From an uncultured bacterium (GTDB lineage: Bacteria > Patescibacteriota > Minisyncoccia > Phycocordibacterales > Phycocordibacteraceae): a DNA stretch of 54,125 nt. Every line of letters begins with the position of its first letter. Within the stretch, counting starts at the first letter, position 1. The stretch is taken from positions 73,319 through 127,443 of the forward strand of contig CAMTWI010000003.1 of assembly GCA_947085505.1 (NCBI GenBank), read 5' to 3'. The notes below the pieces were generated by a model, which did no database searches, had not been told where the DNA came from, and saw only the letters and a list, made by a program, of their open reading frames with translations. Positions 19,142-27,733 of this stretch are shown one piece after another. Made by a program: the position numbers and the translations under genes.

Positions 19142-19330
19142 ATGAAATCATTCTTCACCTACCTCAGGAACGTTCGCGGCGAGCTCGCCCATGTCGTCTG
19201 GCCAGATCGCAACCAAGCGATGGTACACACGGTGCTCATCATTTTCGTGTCGGCAATTGTCGCGATCTATCTTTCTGGTCTCGACTACGTCTTCACTGGC
19301 GTGGTAGACCGAATCATCACGGGCTATTAG
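19142..19330 (+). CDS. secE: Preprotein translocase subunit SecE
   Basis: ELAHVVWP, a single TM helix, position upstream of nusG. Confidence 0.92.
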   Translation: MKSFFTYLRNVRGELAHVVWPDRNQAMVHTVLIIFVSAIVAIYLSGLDYVFTGVVDRIITGY

Positions 19331-19352
19331 TCCTTTCTAAGATCCTCTCATT

Positions 19353-19919
19353 ATGGAAATGAACGCACCTCAGTTCAGCGAAGATGCTGCAGACCAGACT
19401 CCACGCTGGTACACCATTCACACGTACGCAGGGTACGAGAACGCGGTAGAGCGCAATCTTAAGCAGCGCATCGAGTCTCTTGGTATGGAGAACAAGATCT
19501 TCGAAGTGGTTGTTCCAACCGAGAAGAAGATTCGCGTGAAGGCAGGGAAGCGTATCGTTGAGGAAGAGAAGATTTACCCGGGATACATTCTCGTACGCAT
19601 GGTTGTAGACGAGGACTCGTGGTTCGTTGTTCGTAACACGCCGCGCGTAACAGGATTTGTGGGTGCTGGAAACACCCCGGTCCCTATGGACGAGCATGAG
19701 GTATCGACACTCATGAAGCGCATGGGCCAGGAGGCACCAAAGCATCGTATCGACCTCATGAAGGACGACCCGGTTGTTATTGCGGACGGTCCGTTCAAGG
19801 ACCTTGAGGGCAAGGTTGGGGAGATTGATGAGGATCGCGGCAAGGTGAAGGTTATGGTGGCCATGTTCGGCCGCGAGACGCCCGTCGAGCTCGATTTCTT
19901 GCAGATAAGGAAGCTATAA
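19353..19919 (+). CDS. nusG: Transcription termination/antitermination factor NusG
   Basis: WYTIHTYAGYE, IYPGYILV, VRNTPRVTGFVG, GPFKDLEG and FGRETPVEL. Confidence 0.97.
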   Translation: MEMNAPQFSEDAADQTPRWYTIHTYAGYENAVERNLKQRIESLGMENKIFEVVVPTEKKIRVKAGKRIVEEEKIYPGYILVRMVVDEDSWFVVRNTPRVTGFVGAGNTPVPMDEHEVSTLMKRMGQEAPKHRIDLMKDDPVVIADGPFKDLEGKVGEIDEDRGKVKVMVAMFGRETPVELDFLQIRKL

Positions 19920-19942
19920 CGTAGAGTCTCTAAGCAATTCAT

Positions 19943-20362
19943 ATGGCAAAGGCAATTAAGAAGATTAAACTCCAGATCGCAGGAGGTAAGGCAACCCCGG
20001 CTCCTCCGGTGGGTACCGTGCTTGGTCCGGCTGGTGTGAACATTGGTGACTTCGTCAACAAGTTCAACGAGCAGACTCGCGACCAGATGGGCGTCATTAT
20101 CCCGGTGGAAATGACCGTCTACGACGACCGCACCTTCACCTTCGTCCTCAAGGTGTCTCCAATGTCTCGCCTTATCCTTAAGGCCGCAGGCGTTGAGAAG
20201 GGTTCTGGCAAGACGCCAATGTCCAAGGCCGGTTCTATCACCAAGGCTCAGGTTACGGAGATCGCAGAGCAGAAAATGCCAGACCTCAACGCTGGCTCCC
20301 TCGAAGCTGCGGAGCGTATGGTTGAGGGTACCGCTCGCTCAATGGGTATCGCAATCAAGTAA
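19943..20362 (+). CDS. rplK: 50S ribosomal protein L11
   Basis: [14 protein letters not shown] and GTARSMGI. Confidence 0.97.
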   Translation: MAKAIKKIKLQIAGGKATPAPPVGTVLGPAGVNIGDFVNKFNEQTRDQMGVIIPVEMTVYDDRTFTFVLKVSPMSRLILKAAGVEKGSGKTPMSKAGSITKAQVTEIAEQKMPDLNAGSLEAAERMVEGTARSMGIAIK

Positions 20363-20376
20363 GAGGTTTTGTAGTG

Positions 20377-20406
20377 AGAAAGCCCGTCCTAAACGACGGG
20401 CTTTCT
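20377..20406 (+). terminator. Intrinsic terminator directly after rplK
   Basis: AGAAAGCCCGTC-CTAAAC-GACGGGCTTTCT. Confidence 0.8.
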
Positions 20407-20496
20407 TCGTACGTAATACTTTGCTCCACCCTCATATGTAGTGTACGTTCAATCGTGACAGTTCTTTTTCACTCAGGAATATAGCAGGAGGGTTTT

Positions 20497-21114
20497 GTGA
20501 CGAAAGTGTGTCTAGACTTTAACGGGGTCCTCGCGGACCCGGCAGGAGCGCTGATCGAAATTCTGAAGAAGGACTTCGGTATGCGTGTGCCACGCGAGGG
20601 CTTCGGCAAACATCTCATTGGAACGTCGTTCCCGAATCTGGTTCGGGGCGGTCGTCCGAAACTTCTGACGAAGAGTATATGGGAAGATGCCAAGGACAAG
20701 CTCTTCGATACGAACGAGTTTTTGGCCATACCGCCGATTAACGGGGCTATTGCCGCGCTCAATGCGTTTCAGGATGCGCGATGCGAGATTCGCATCGTGA
20801 CTGATGCTCGCACCGTTACCCGGGAGCGGATGGAGGCGTGGCTCAAGAAGCACCACTTTGAAGGGGAAATCGACATCATCTTCTCACGCAAGCGGGGCTC
20901 GAAAGAAAAATATCAGTCTTGCTGCGACGTGGTCGTCGACAATGAGCTCGAGCAGCTCATACCGCTTGTCGGCAAGGAAGGGCCTCAGCTTGTGCACTTC
21001 CTTTCAGCTGGCAGTGGCGGGATTACGAGTCTCGACGCCCGCATCCTCTCACTCAGAGGGTGGCCCGAGGTCATCGAGTGTCTACTCGGTCGCGACATAG
21101 AACTTGCTGCCTGA
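20497..21114 (+). CDS. HAD-superfamily 5'(3')-deoxyribonucleotidase-like protein
   Basis: VCLDFNGVL (motif I), IVTDAR (motif II), KYQ (motif III) and VVVDN (motif IV); GTG start with GGAGG Shine-Dalgarno. Confidence 0.6.
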   Translation: MTKVCLDFNGVLADPAGALIEILKKDFGMRVPREGFGKHLIGTSFPNLVRGGRPKLLTKSIWEDAKDKLFDTNEFLAIPPINGAIAALNAFQDARCEIRIVTDARTVTRERMEAWLKKHHFEGEIDIIFSRKRGSKEKYQSCCDVVVDNELEQLIPLVGKEGPQLVHFLSAGSGGITSLDARILSLRGWPEVIECLLGRDIELAA

Positions 21115-21154
21115 AGAAAGAAGGCCTCGCACGGAATCCGTGCGAGGCCTTTTC

Positions 21155-21673
21155 TCATCGTTCGAGATCTACCCAAGAATAATTGAGGCCATTCCACTCA
21201 CGCTCTTCGCGTGCAGTCTCTTTTGGAAATTCTCCTTCATATGCAGGAAAGAACGCATCACCCTCTTTCTCGTCATCGATAACTGTGAGGTATAGATTTG
21301 TAGTGAAGGGAAGTGCACACTGATAGATCTCAGTACCTCCTGCGACAAATATTTCACTAGCGCCTTCTGCGTTACGGGCGAGTGATATAGCCTCAGGAAA
21401 TGAGTGCGCAATCAGGGCACCCTGAGCGCGGTAATCATTATCACGAGTCACAACGATATTAGTGCGGCCGGGCAATGGCCTGACCTTCTCTGGTAGTGAT
21501 TCCCAGGTCCGACGGCCCATGATGACCGGGTGTCCCAGAGTAAGTGCCTTAAAGCGCTTTAAATCATCAGGTATGTGCCATAGGAGGTCCCCTTTGCAGC
21601 CAATTACGCGATTATGCTGCTGGTCGCGACCGATTGCGACAGCAATACTTATTTTTTCGGCTTCTTGTGCCAT
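21155..21673 (-). CDS. folA: Dihydrofolate reductase
   Basis: IGCKGDLLWHIPDDLKRFK, VIMGRRTWESL, PLPGRTNIV and GDAFFP. Confidence 0.96.
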   Translation of the reverse strand: MAQEAEKISIAVAIGRDQQHNRVIGCKGDLLWHIPDDLKRFKALTLGHPVIMGRRTWESLPEKVRPLPGRTNIVVTRDNDYRAQGALIAHSFPEAISLARNAEGASEIFVAGGTEIYQCALPFTTNLYLTVIDDEKEGDAFFPAYEGEFPKETAREEREWNGLNYSWVDLER

Positions 21674-22356
21674 GTCTGTACTTTCTTAATGTCGCGGTCT
21701 CCCCAGAGCTTTGGGAGCATCATCTCGGGCTTCCAGGTCTTCTTGAGTTCGGAAAGGTTCGTGGATGCTGCGTACTTGCCGGACTTTGTGTAATCGCGTT
21801 CGCGGATGGGTCCAGTCTCGAAGAAGATGATCTGCGCGATGCGGCGTCCAACGACGAGTGGGATGATGTAGTTCTTCGAGTTGTTCGTAATCTCCATAGT
21901 CCAGCGGTTCACGTAGCCAACGTCGCCCCAACCAGCGCACTTGCAGACCTCGATGAACTGGCGTCCGGTAGAAGAGCGAGCCTTCATCATGGTGGTGATG
22001 TGATCCTTGCCGCCGATGAACTCCTGCGTATGGGCGAGGATAGTTTCTCCAGGGCGCAGCACAATAACCTTGTCGTCTGGGCGGATGCCCCCAGTCCAGT
22101 CAAAGTTGTACTTCTTAAAGGCCTCCTTTGCGGTAACTGCACGCTGCACATCATCCGCACCCCATACGTGGCGAGTATGTTCCTCGCTCCAGATGTTGTA
22201 GAGGCTGTGATTGTACTTTGGTGGCTGTTCGCGATAGAACCACTCGCCAAGCGTTACGTCGTAGCTAGAGGTTGCGAGCTGCTCGTCATTAAACGGGGAG
22301 ATGATGATGTCGCCCTTTTTCATCTCTTCAAGGATTCTGCGGTCTGAAAGTGCCAT
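21649..22356 (-). CDS. dcd: dCTP deaminase (trimeric dUTPase fold)
   Basis: LSDRRI, SSYDVTLG, LRPGETIL, KARSSTGR, GDVGY, MEITN and GRRIAQIIF. Confidence 0.85.
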   Translation of the reverse strand: MALSDRRILEEMKKGDIIISPFNDEQLATSSYDVTLGEWFYREQPPKYNHSLYNIWSEEHTRHVWGADDVQRAVTAKEAFKKYNFDWTGGIRPDDKVIVLRPGETILAHTQEFIGGKDHITTMMKARSSTGRQFIEVCKCAGWGDVGYVNRWTMEITNNSKNYIIPLVVGRRIAQIIFFETGPIRERDYTKSGKYAASTNLSELKKTWKPEMMLPKLWGDRDIKKVQTWHKKPKK

Positions 22357-22383
22357 GATTGAAAGAGTGTACTAGTGTCTTCG

Positions 22384-23214
22384 TTAAACGGCCATCTTTG
22401 CCTTGATGGCCTCGTGCGACTCATACCCTTCGAGCTTGATGTCGTCCATGGTGAATGAGTCTATATCCTTAACTTCAGGATTGAGCCAGAGCTTCGGAAA
22501 GGGAAGCGGGTCGCGTGTGAGCTGCTCCTTTACGGCATCGAAGTGATCGTGATAGACATGCGCGTCGTTTAGCGTAAGGACAAGCTCGTGCGGCGTTTTT
22601 CCGGTGACCTGCGCCACCATAGCAAGAAGGAGTCCGTAGGATGCGATGTTGAACGGAACGCCAAGGAACATGTCGCACGAGCGCTGCACCATATGGAGCG
22701 AAAGCTTGTCACCCGCAACAAAGAATTGGAACATCATGTGGCATGGAGGGAGTGCCATCTGGTCGATCTCTCCAGGATTCCATGCGGAGACGATTAAGCG
22801 GCGATCGGTAGGATCATTTTTGATCTTATCGACGACGCGCGCAATCTGATCAACAACGCTCCCGTCCGGAGACTGCCATTTCCGCCACTGTACGCCATAC
22901 ACGCGGCCGAGGTCGCCTGGGAACTTTGCTTTTGGGGTCCAGTAGTCAGCCTCCGCGTTTGCGGTCCAGATGGTTTTCTCAGAGCCATTCAGCTCCTTGA
23001 GACGGTTGTCATCGCCTGAGCCTTCAAGGAACCAAAGAAGCTCGCTCTTAACGGCCTTGAAAGCCAGTTTCTTGGTTGTGAGGGCAGGGAAGCCGTCCTC
23101 GAGATTGCAGCGTATCTGAAGCGCGAAAAGGGCGCGCGTGTCGCCGTTGCGGCCTGTCCGGTCGACGCCGTTTTCCATAATGTTCTTGAGGGCGTCGAGA
23201 TAAGCCTGTTCCAT
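22384..23214 (-). CDS. thyA: Thymidylate synthase
   Basis: ELLWFLEG, GRVYGVQWR, MALPPCH, QRSCDMFLGVPFNIASY and DAHVY. Confidence 0.97.
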   Translation of the reverse strand: MEQAYLDALKNIMENGVDRTGRNGDTRALFALQIRCNLEDGFPALTTKKLAFKAVKSELLWFLEGSGDDNRLKELNGSEKTIWTANAEADYWTPKAKFPGDLGRVYGVQWRKWQSPDGSVVDQIARVVDKIKNDPTDRRLIVSAWNPGEIDQMALPPCHMMFQFFVAGDKLSLHMVQRSCDMFLGVPFNIASYGLLLAMVAQVTGKTPHELVLTLNDAHVYHDHFDAVKEQLTRDPLPFPKLWLNPEVKDIDSFTMDDIKLEGYESHEAIKAKMAV

Positions 23215-23319
23215 GAGTCCAGTATACAGGGGAGGCTCCTGAGCCTTTTGGTTGGGGAGAGCGGGGATAACGCCGTGCTAGGGTATGCTGAGATTATTGT
23301 TCAAAAGGGCACGTACATA

Positions 23320-24024
23320 ATGACCAACCAACGCAAAAAAGGCCTGTTCGTTGTCCTTGATGGGAATGATGGATCAGGAAAGGCGACACAGGCACAGAAC
23401 CTGGTCGCGAGACTCGAGTCAGAAGGACGGGAGTGTCTGTTACTGAGTTTTCCCGAGTATGACAACAATCTCTTCGGCGAGCTTTTGGCTGAGTGCCTTG
23501 CAGGGAAGCGTGGCGACTTCGTTCACCTCGATCCGCACATAACCTCTACGTTGTATGCGGCAGACCGTTTCGAGTCCTCAACAAAGATTCGTACTGCACT
23601 CGAAGAAGGGAAGGTGGTTATCGCAGACCGCTTCACAAGCTCAAACCAAATTCATCAAGGGGGAAAGATTCCGAACGAAAATGAACGGATTTCATTCCTT
23701 GCCTGGCTTGATCGCATGGAGCACGAAACGTTCGCTATTCCGCGGCCCGACGTGATCATCTATCTGAAGGTTCCTGTCGAGACAAGCTTGGTACTCCTCG
23801 CTGACAAGCGTCGAGCCAAGAACATTAACCTCGGCGACGGGGAGATGGATCAGGTCGAAAGCGATCGCGAGTACCTCGACTGCAGCCATGAGACCGCAGG
23901 CTGGCTTATGAGTCGTCAGGAGAACTGGCGCCTCATCGATTGTCTCGGTGCGGATGGGCAGATGCGTACACGTGAAGAAATCGGCGTCGATGTTATGGCA
24001 GCAATCAAGCCATTCGTTGACTAA
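23320..24024 (+). CDS. tmk: Thymidylate kinase
   Basis: FVVLDGNDGSGKATQ, FPEY, LYAADR, VIADRF and RPDVIIYL. Confidence 0.9.
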   Translation: MTNQRKKGLFVVLDGNDGSGKATQAQNLVARLESEGRECLLLSFPEYDNNLFGELLAECLAGKRGDFVHLDPHITSTLYAADRFESSTKIRTALEEGKVVIADRFTSSNQIHQGGKIPNENERISFLAWLDRMEHETFAIPRPDVIIYLKVPVETSLVLLADKRRAKNINLGDGEMDQVESDREYLDCSHETAGWLMSRQENWRLIDCLGADGQMRTREEIGVDVMAAIKPFVD

Positions 24025-24157
24025 CAGAGCCCGCGCAGCAATGCGCGGGCTTCAGTTTTGAGAGCATGGGCTCGAGAGGTACTATAGAAACAATATTTAA
24101 TTCGTATGAGATAAGGTCACTGGCGAGCACGCGTTTACTACTACACGGAACCGACCT

Positions 24158-25459
24158 ATGAATCCCTACGACCACATCAAGAACGAAGACCAGGAAGTCT
24201 TTAGTGCCATAACAGGAGAAGAGACACGTGAAGCAGAAGGGCTTGAGCTTATTCCTTCGGAGAACTATGTATCACTCGCCGTACGCGAGGCGATGGGTAG
24301 TGTGTTTACGAACAAGTACTCGGAAGGGTATCCCGGCAAGCGCTACTACGGCGGACAGGAGTTCACCGACCAAGTGGAGACGCTCGCGATTGAACGCGCG
24401 AAGACATTGTTCCGTGCTGATCACGCCAACGTGCAGCCCTTGGGAGGAGCTGCTGCGAACATTGCGGCGTACTTCGCATGGCTTGAACCCGGAGACACCA
24501 TCCTTGGCATGGACCTTGCACACGGAGGACATCTTACGCACGGCTCGCCCGTGACCTACATGACGAAGCTCTACAACTTCGTGCGGTACGGTATGAAGGA
24601 CATCGACACCGGAGAGATCGATTATGACGAGATGCTCGAAACCGCAAAGAGGGAGCGTCCTAAGATCGTCCTTGCCGGATTCTCGGGGTACCCACGCACA
24701 CTTGATTGGAAGAGAATAGCTGACATCGCGCGTGAAGTAGATGCGGTTGCAATGGCAGACGTGGCACACATTGCAGGACTTATTGCGGGAGGCGCCCTCG
24801 AGAACCCACTTGATCACGGGTTCCATATCATGACCACGACGACGCATAAGACGCTCCGCGGACCGCGAGGCGCGATGATTCTCTCGAAGGGAACAGTCTC
24901 AACACCACTCAAGGCTCCAGAGAAGACTATCGAGAATCTTCCGACCCTGATTGATCGCAGTGTGTTCCCGGGATTCCAGGGAGGCCCGCACATGCATCAG
25001 ATTGCAGCAAAGGCTGTTGCATTCAGGGAGGCAGCAACACCAGCCTTCGCGGAGTATGCGCATCAAGTTATTAAGAATGCGCAGGCGATGGCTGAAGTAT
25101 TCACTGCGGGAGGTGTTCGTCTCATCACGGGAGGCACCGACAACCATCTCATTCTTGCTGATGTGTACGGTTCGCTCGGTATCAGCGGGGGAGACGCCGA
25201 GACACTTCTTGATCGCGCAGGCATGACGCTCAACAAGAACTCAATTGCTGGCGACACCAGGAAGCCATTTGATCCGTCCGGTATTCGTTTCGGTACACCG
25301 GCCATGACAACGCGCGGACTAAACGAAGAGGATTCACGAGAGATTGCGAGCATCATGCTCGAGGTTCTCGACAAGCGAGATGACGAGACGGTTGCGAGTG
25401 CGAAGGAGCGCGTGTGTTCAATCGCACTCGCACATCCAGTGCCAGAGTCGTTCGTGTAG
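24158..25459 (+). CDS. glyA: Serine hydroxymethyltransferase
   Basis: LIPSENY, NKYSEGYPGKRYYGG, GGHLTHG, TTTTHKTLRGPRG and GIRFGTPA. Confidence 0.98.
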   Translation: MNPYDHIKNEDQEVFSAITGEETREAEGLELIPSENYVSLAVREAMGSVFTNKYSEGYPGKRYYGGQEFTDQVETLAIERAKTLFRADHANVQPLGGAAANIAAYFAWLEPGDTILGMDLAHGGHLTHGSPVTYMTKLYNFVRYGMKDIDTGEIDYDEMLETAKRERPKIVLAGFSGYPRTLDWKRIADIAREVDAVAMADVAHIAGLIAGGALENPLDHGFHIMTTTTHKTLRGPRGAMILSKGTVSTPLKAPEKTIENLPTLIDRSVFPGFQGGPHMHQIAAKAVAFREAATPAFAEYAHQVIKNAQAMAEVFTAGGVRLITGGTDNHLILADVYGSLGISGGDAETLLDRAGMTLNKNSIAGDTRKPFDPSGIRFGTPAMTTRGLNEEDSREIASIMLEVLDKRDDETVASAKERVCSIALAHPVPESFV

Positions 25460-25530
25460 CATCACCGATGCTTCAGGTTCTGTGTGGTTAGATACCCTCA
25501 TTACTAGAGGGACATGTAACCGCAACGCAT

Positions 25531-25647
25531 ATGCACACTCTTGGAAAAACACTTCTCGAATCAGCAGCGGTACTCGCTGTTGGCCTCTCAATCGTCGGAT
25601 TCATGCTCTACGCGTTCTCGCAGAACATGGCTCTGTACGCAGCTTAG
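25531..25647 (+). CDS. Putative 38-aa small membrane protein (below ORF-track cutoff)
   Basis: MHTLGKTLLESAAVLAVGLSIVGFMLYAFSQNMALYAA*, immediately followed by a terminator. Confidence 0.55.
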   Translation: MHTLGKTLLESAAVLAVGLSIVGFMLYAFSQNMALYAA

Positions 25648-25655
25648 AGACACAA

Positions 25656-25691
25656 GAAAACAGCCCGCTCCTCACAGAGCGGGCTGTTTTC
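25656..25691 (+). terminator. Intrinsic terminator
   Basis: GAAAACAGCCCGCTC-CTCACA-GAGCGGGCTGTTTTC. Confidence 0.85.
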
Positions 25692-25707
25692 TGTTACTAT
25701 CCGCCTA

Positions 25708-27381
25708 ATGGAAGAGACGCTGAAAACTGCCATACGCGAAGCCCTGGTATCGATGGGTGCCCAGGACGTTACCTTTGCTGTTGAGTGGCCAGCAGATCTC
25801 GCGCATGGGGACTTTGCAACGAATGCTGCACTTGCTGCAAGTAAGACTCTCGGACGCTCTCCGCGCGATATCGCTGACGAGCTCGTGTTGCTCCTTAAGA
25901 AGTCTCTCGGAGATGAGGTCGCGTCGATTGAAGCGGCAGGTCCTGGGTTCGTGAATATTAAGCTTGCGCGGAGCGCGGTAACGAAGTCACTCTCAAACGC
26001 CCTCGATCCTGAATGGGGTAAGGGCTCAGCTCGCGCAGGGGAGAGAGTGGCTTTCGAATATTCATGCCCGAACCCGTTTAAAGAGATGCATATCGGGCAT
26101 CTTATGAACACAGTTATTGGGGAGGCAGCATCAAGGCTTGTGGAGAATCAAGGGGCACGTGTAATACGTGATAGCTATGGCGGTGATATAGGTCCACATG
26201 TCGCTCGAGGCATGTGGGGGCTTTCCGACATGGGAATCACGGAGCCTACGTCAGCCTCAGAGATCGGTAAGGCGTACGAACATGGGTCACGCGCATATGA
26301 GGAGAGCGAAAAAGCGAAGACTGAGATCGATTCGCTCAATGTCGCACTTTATGAAGCTCTCGCGAAAGAACCACAGCAGTGGAACGAAGAGGAACGTACT
26401 CGGATGGAATTGTGGCGTAAGGGGCGTGAGGTAGCACTAAGTGCATTTAGAGAGATATATGCGCTGCTCGGTACGCATTTCGACTACTACCTATTTGAGA
26501 GCGAAACCTCGCCGATTGGTATGAGTATCGTGAAGGAGTACCTTGTGAAGGGTGTGTTCGAAGAGAGTGAAGGTGCGGTGATATATGCTGGAGAGAAAAA
26601 GGGTTTGCATACGCTTGTATTCATCACTTCCCGGGGCACACCGACCTACGAGACGAAGGATGTCGGCCTCGCGTTCCTGAAAGAGGAGAAAATCCCGAAC
26701 GACAGTTCCTACATCGTCACCGGCATAGAGCAGGTAGGGCACTTCAAGGTATTCCTTGCTGCTCTCGAGGAGATAGCGCCCAAGGTCGCGCTCAAGACCC
26801 ATCACATCCCTCATGGCCTGCTACAGCTTACGACGGGTAAGATGGCTTCGCGGAAAGGAAATGTCGTCACTGCCGCAGGTATGATTGAGACCGTTCTTGC
26901 TATGGCTCTAGAGAAGAACGAGGATCCGTTAGTCGCAGAGCCGGTCGCAGTAGGTGCACTTAAGTACATGATTTTACGCAGTGCTCCTGGCTCCAGTGTT
27001 ATCTTTGATCCGGAAAAGGCGCTCGCGCTCGATGGCGACTCAGGTCCGTATCTCCAGTACGCGCTCGTGCGCGCAAAGTCCGTCATCTCTCAGTCAGAAG
27101 TAGCGGCAGGAAAGGAAGATGCTCCTGCTGAAGTTTATGACATTGAACGGCTTCTCATCCGGTTCCCTGAGGTGGCTCGCTGTGCCGAAGCCATGATCGC
27201 CCCGCATGCCATAGCCCAGTACCTAACCACACTCGCTTCAGCATGGAATTCGTTCTATGCAGCAGAGCGTATCAGAGGTGGCGAACACGAAGCGTACAAG
27301 CTCCTCATTGCGCAAGCGTTCGTTACGACAATGGAGAACGGTCTCGCACTTCTGGGTATTCCGGTTCCAGAACGGATGTAA
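25708..27381 (+). CDS. argS: Arginine--tRNA ligase
   Basis: HGDFATNAA, GPGFVNI, EYSCPNPFKEMHIGH, KMASRKG and GPYLQYA. Confidence 0.97.
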   Translation: MEETLKTAIREALVSMGAQDVTFAVEWPADLAHGDFATNAALAASKTLGRSPRDIADELVLLLKKSLGDEVASIEAAGPGFVNIKLARSAVTKSLSNALDPEWGKGSARAGERVAFEYSCPNPFKEMHIGHLMNTVIGEAASRLVENQGARVIRDSYGGDIGPHVARGMWGLSDMGITEPTSASEIGKAYEHGSRAYEESEKAKTEIDSLNVALYEALAKEPQQWNEEERTRMELWRKGREVALSAFREIYALLGTHFDYYLFESETSPIGMSIVKEYLVKGVFEESEGAVIYAGEKKGLHTLVFITSRGTPTYETKDVGLAFLKEEKIPNDSSYIVTGIEQVGHFKVFLAALEEIAPKVALKTHHIPHGLLQLTTGKMASRKGNVVTAAGMIETVLAMALEKNEDPLVAEPVAVGALKYMILRSAPGSSVIFDPEKALALDGDSGPYLQYALVRAKSVISQSEVAAGKEDAPAEVYDIERLLIRFPEVARCAEAMIAPHAIAQYLTTLASAWNSFYAAERIRGGEHEAYKLLIAQAFVTTMENGLALLGIPVPERM

Positions 27382-27445
27382 ACGGCACCTCGTTGCATAT
27401 TTACGTATAGAGCGGTAGGGTAGCTCTTGTCCTCATTTTGGGAGG

Positions 27446-27652
27446 ATGTCGTTGTTTCGGGAGAAGACTTTGACTGATACGGCTTCGAGTTCGGGGAACT
27501 GTTCGGGCGGGACGAAGTTTCGTCGCAATGAGGACCCGCGCCCTTCGCGTGAAATGCGCAATGCGCAGATCAATCATGCGGCAGTGGGCGCTGGTCCGCC
27601 CAAAAGCGGTATCGACCGCTTCAGGGACAAATACAAAGGGTTCGGCTGGTAA
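27446..27652 (+). CDS. Hypothetical 68-aa basic protein
   Basis: GGAGG upstream of the start and a hairpin/U-tract downstream; no recognisable motif. Confidence 0.4.
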   Translation: MSLFREKTLTDTASSSGNCSGGTKFRRNEDPRPSREMRNAQINHAAVGAGPPKSGIDRFRDKYKGFGW

Positions 27653-27733
27653 AAGCTGAACTCAAGATGGGACGGCCCGCGCTTGCGTGGGTCGTTTTCC
27701 TTTTAGTACGCAAAACGCTAGGATGAGGAGACT

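Noticed and set aside
24110-24157. Possible ZTP (pfl) riboswitch upstream of glyA (GTCACTGGCGA)
   Set aside because: Only the first motif partly matches. The GGUGG/CCAC-GGGGAGC stem and the CGCCUGGG pseudoknot strand are absent.
27382-27733. T-box leader for ileS
   Set aside because: No GGTGGNACCGCG antiterminator bulge or stem I motifs are visible.
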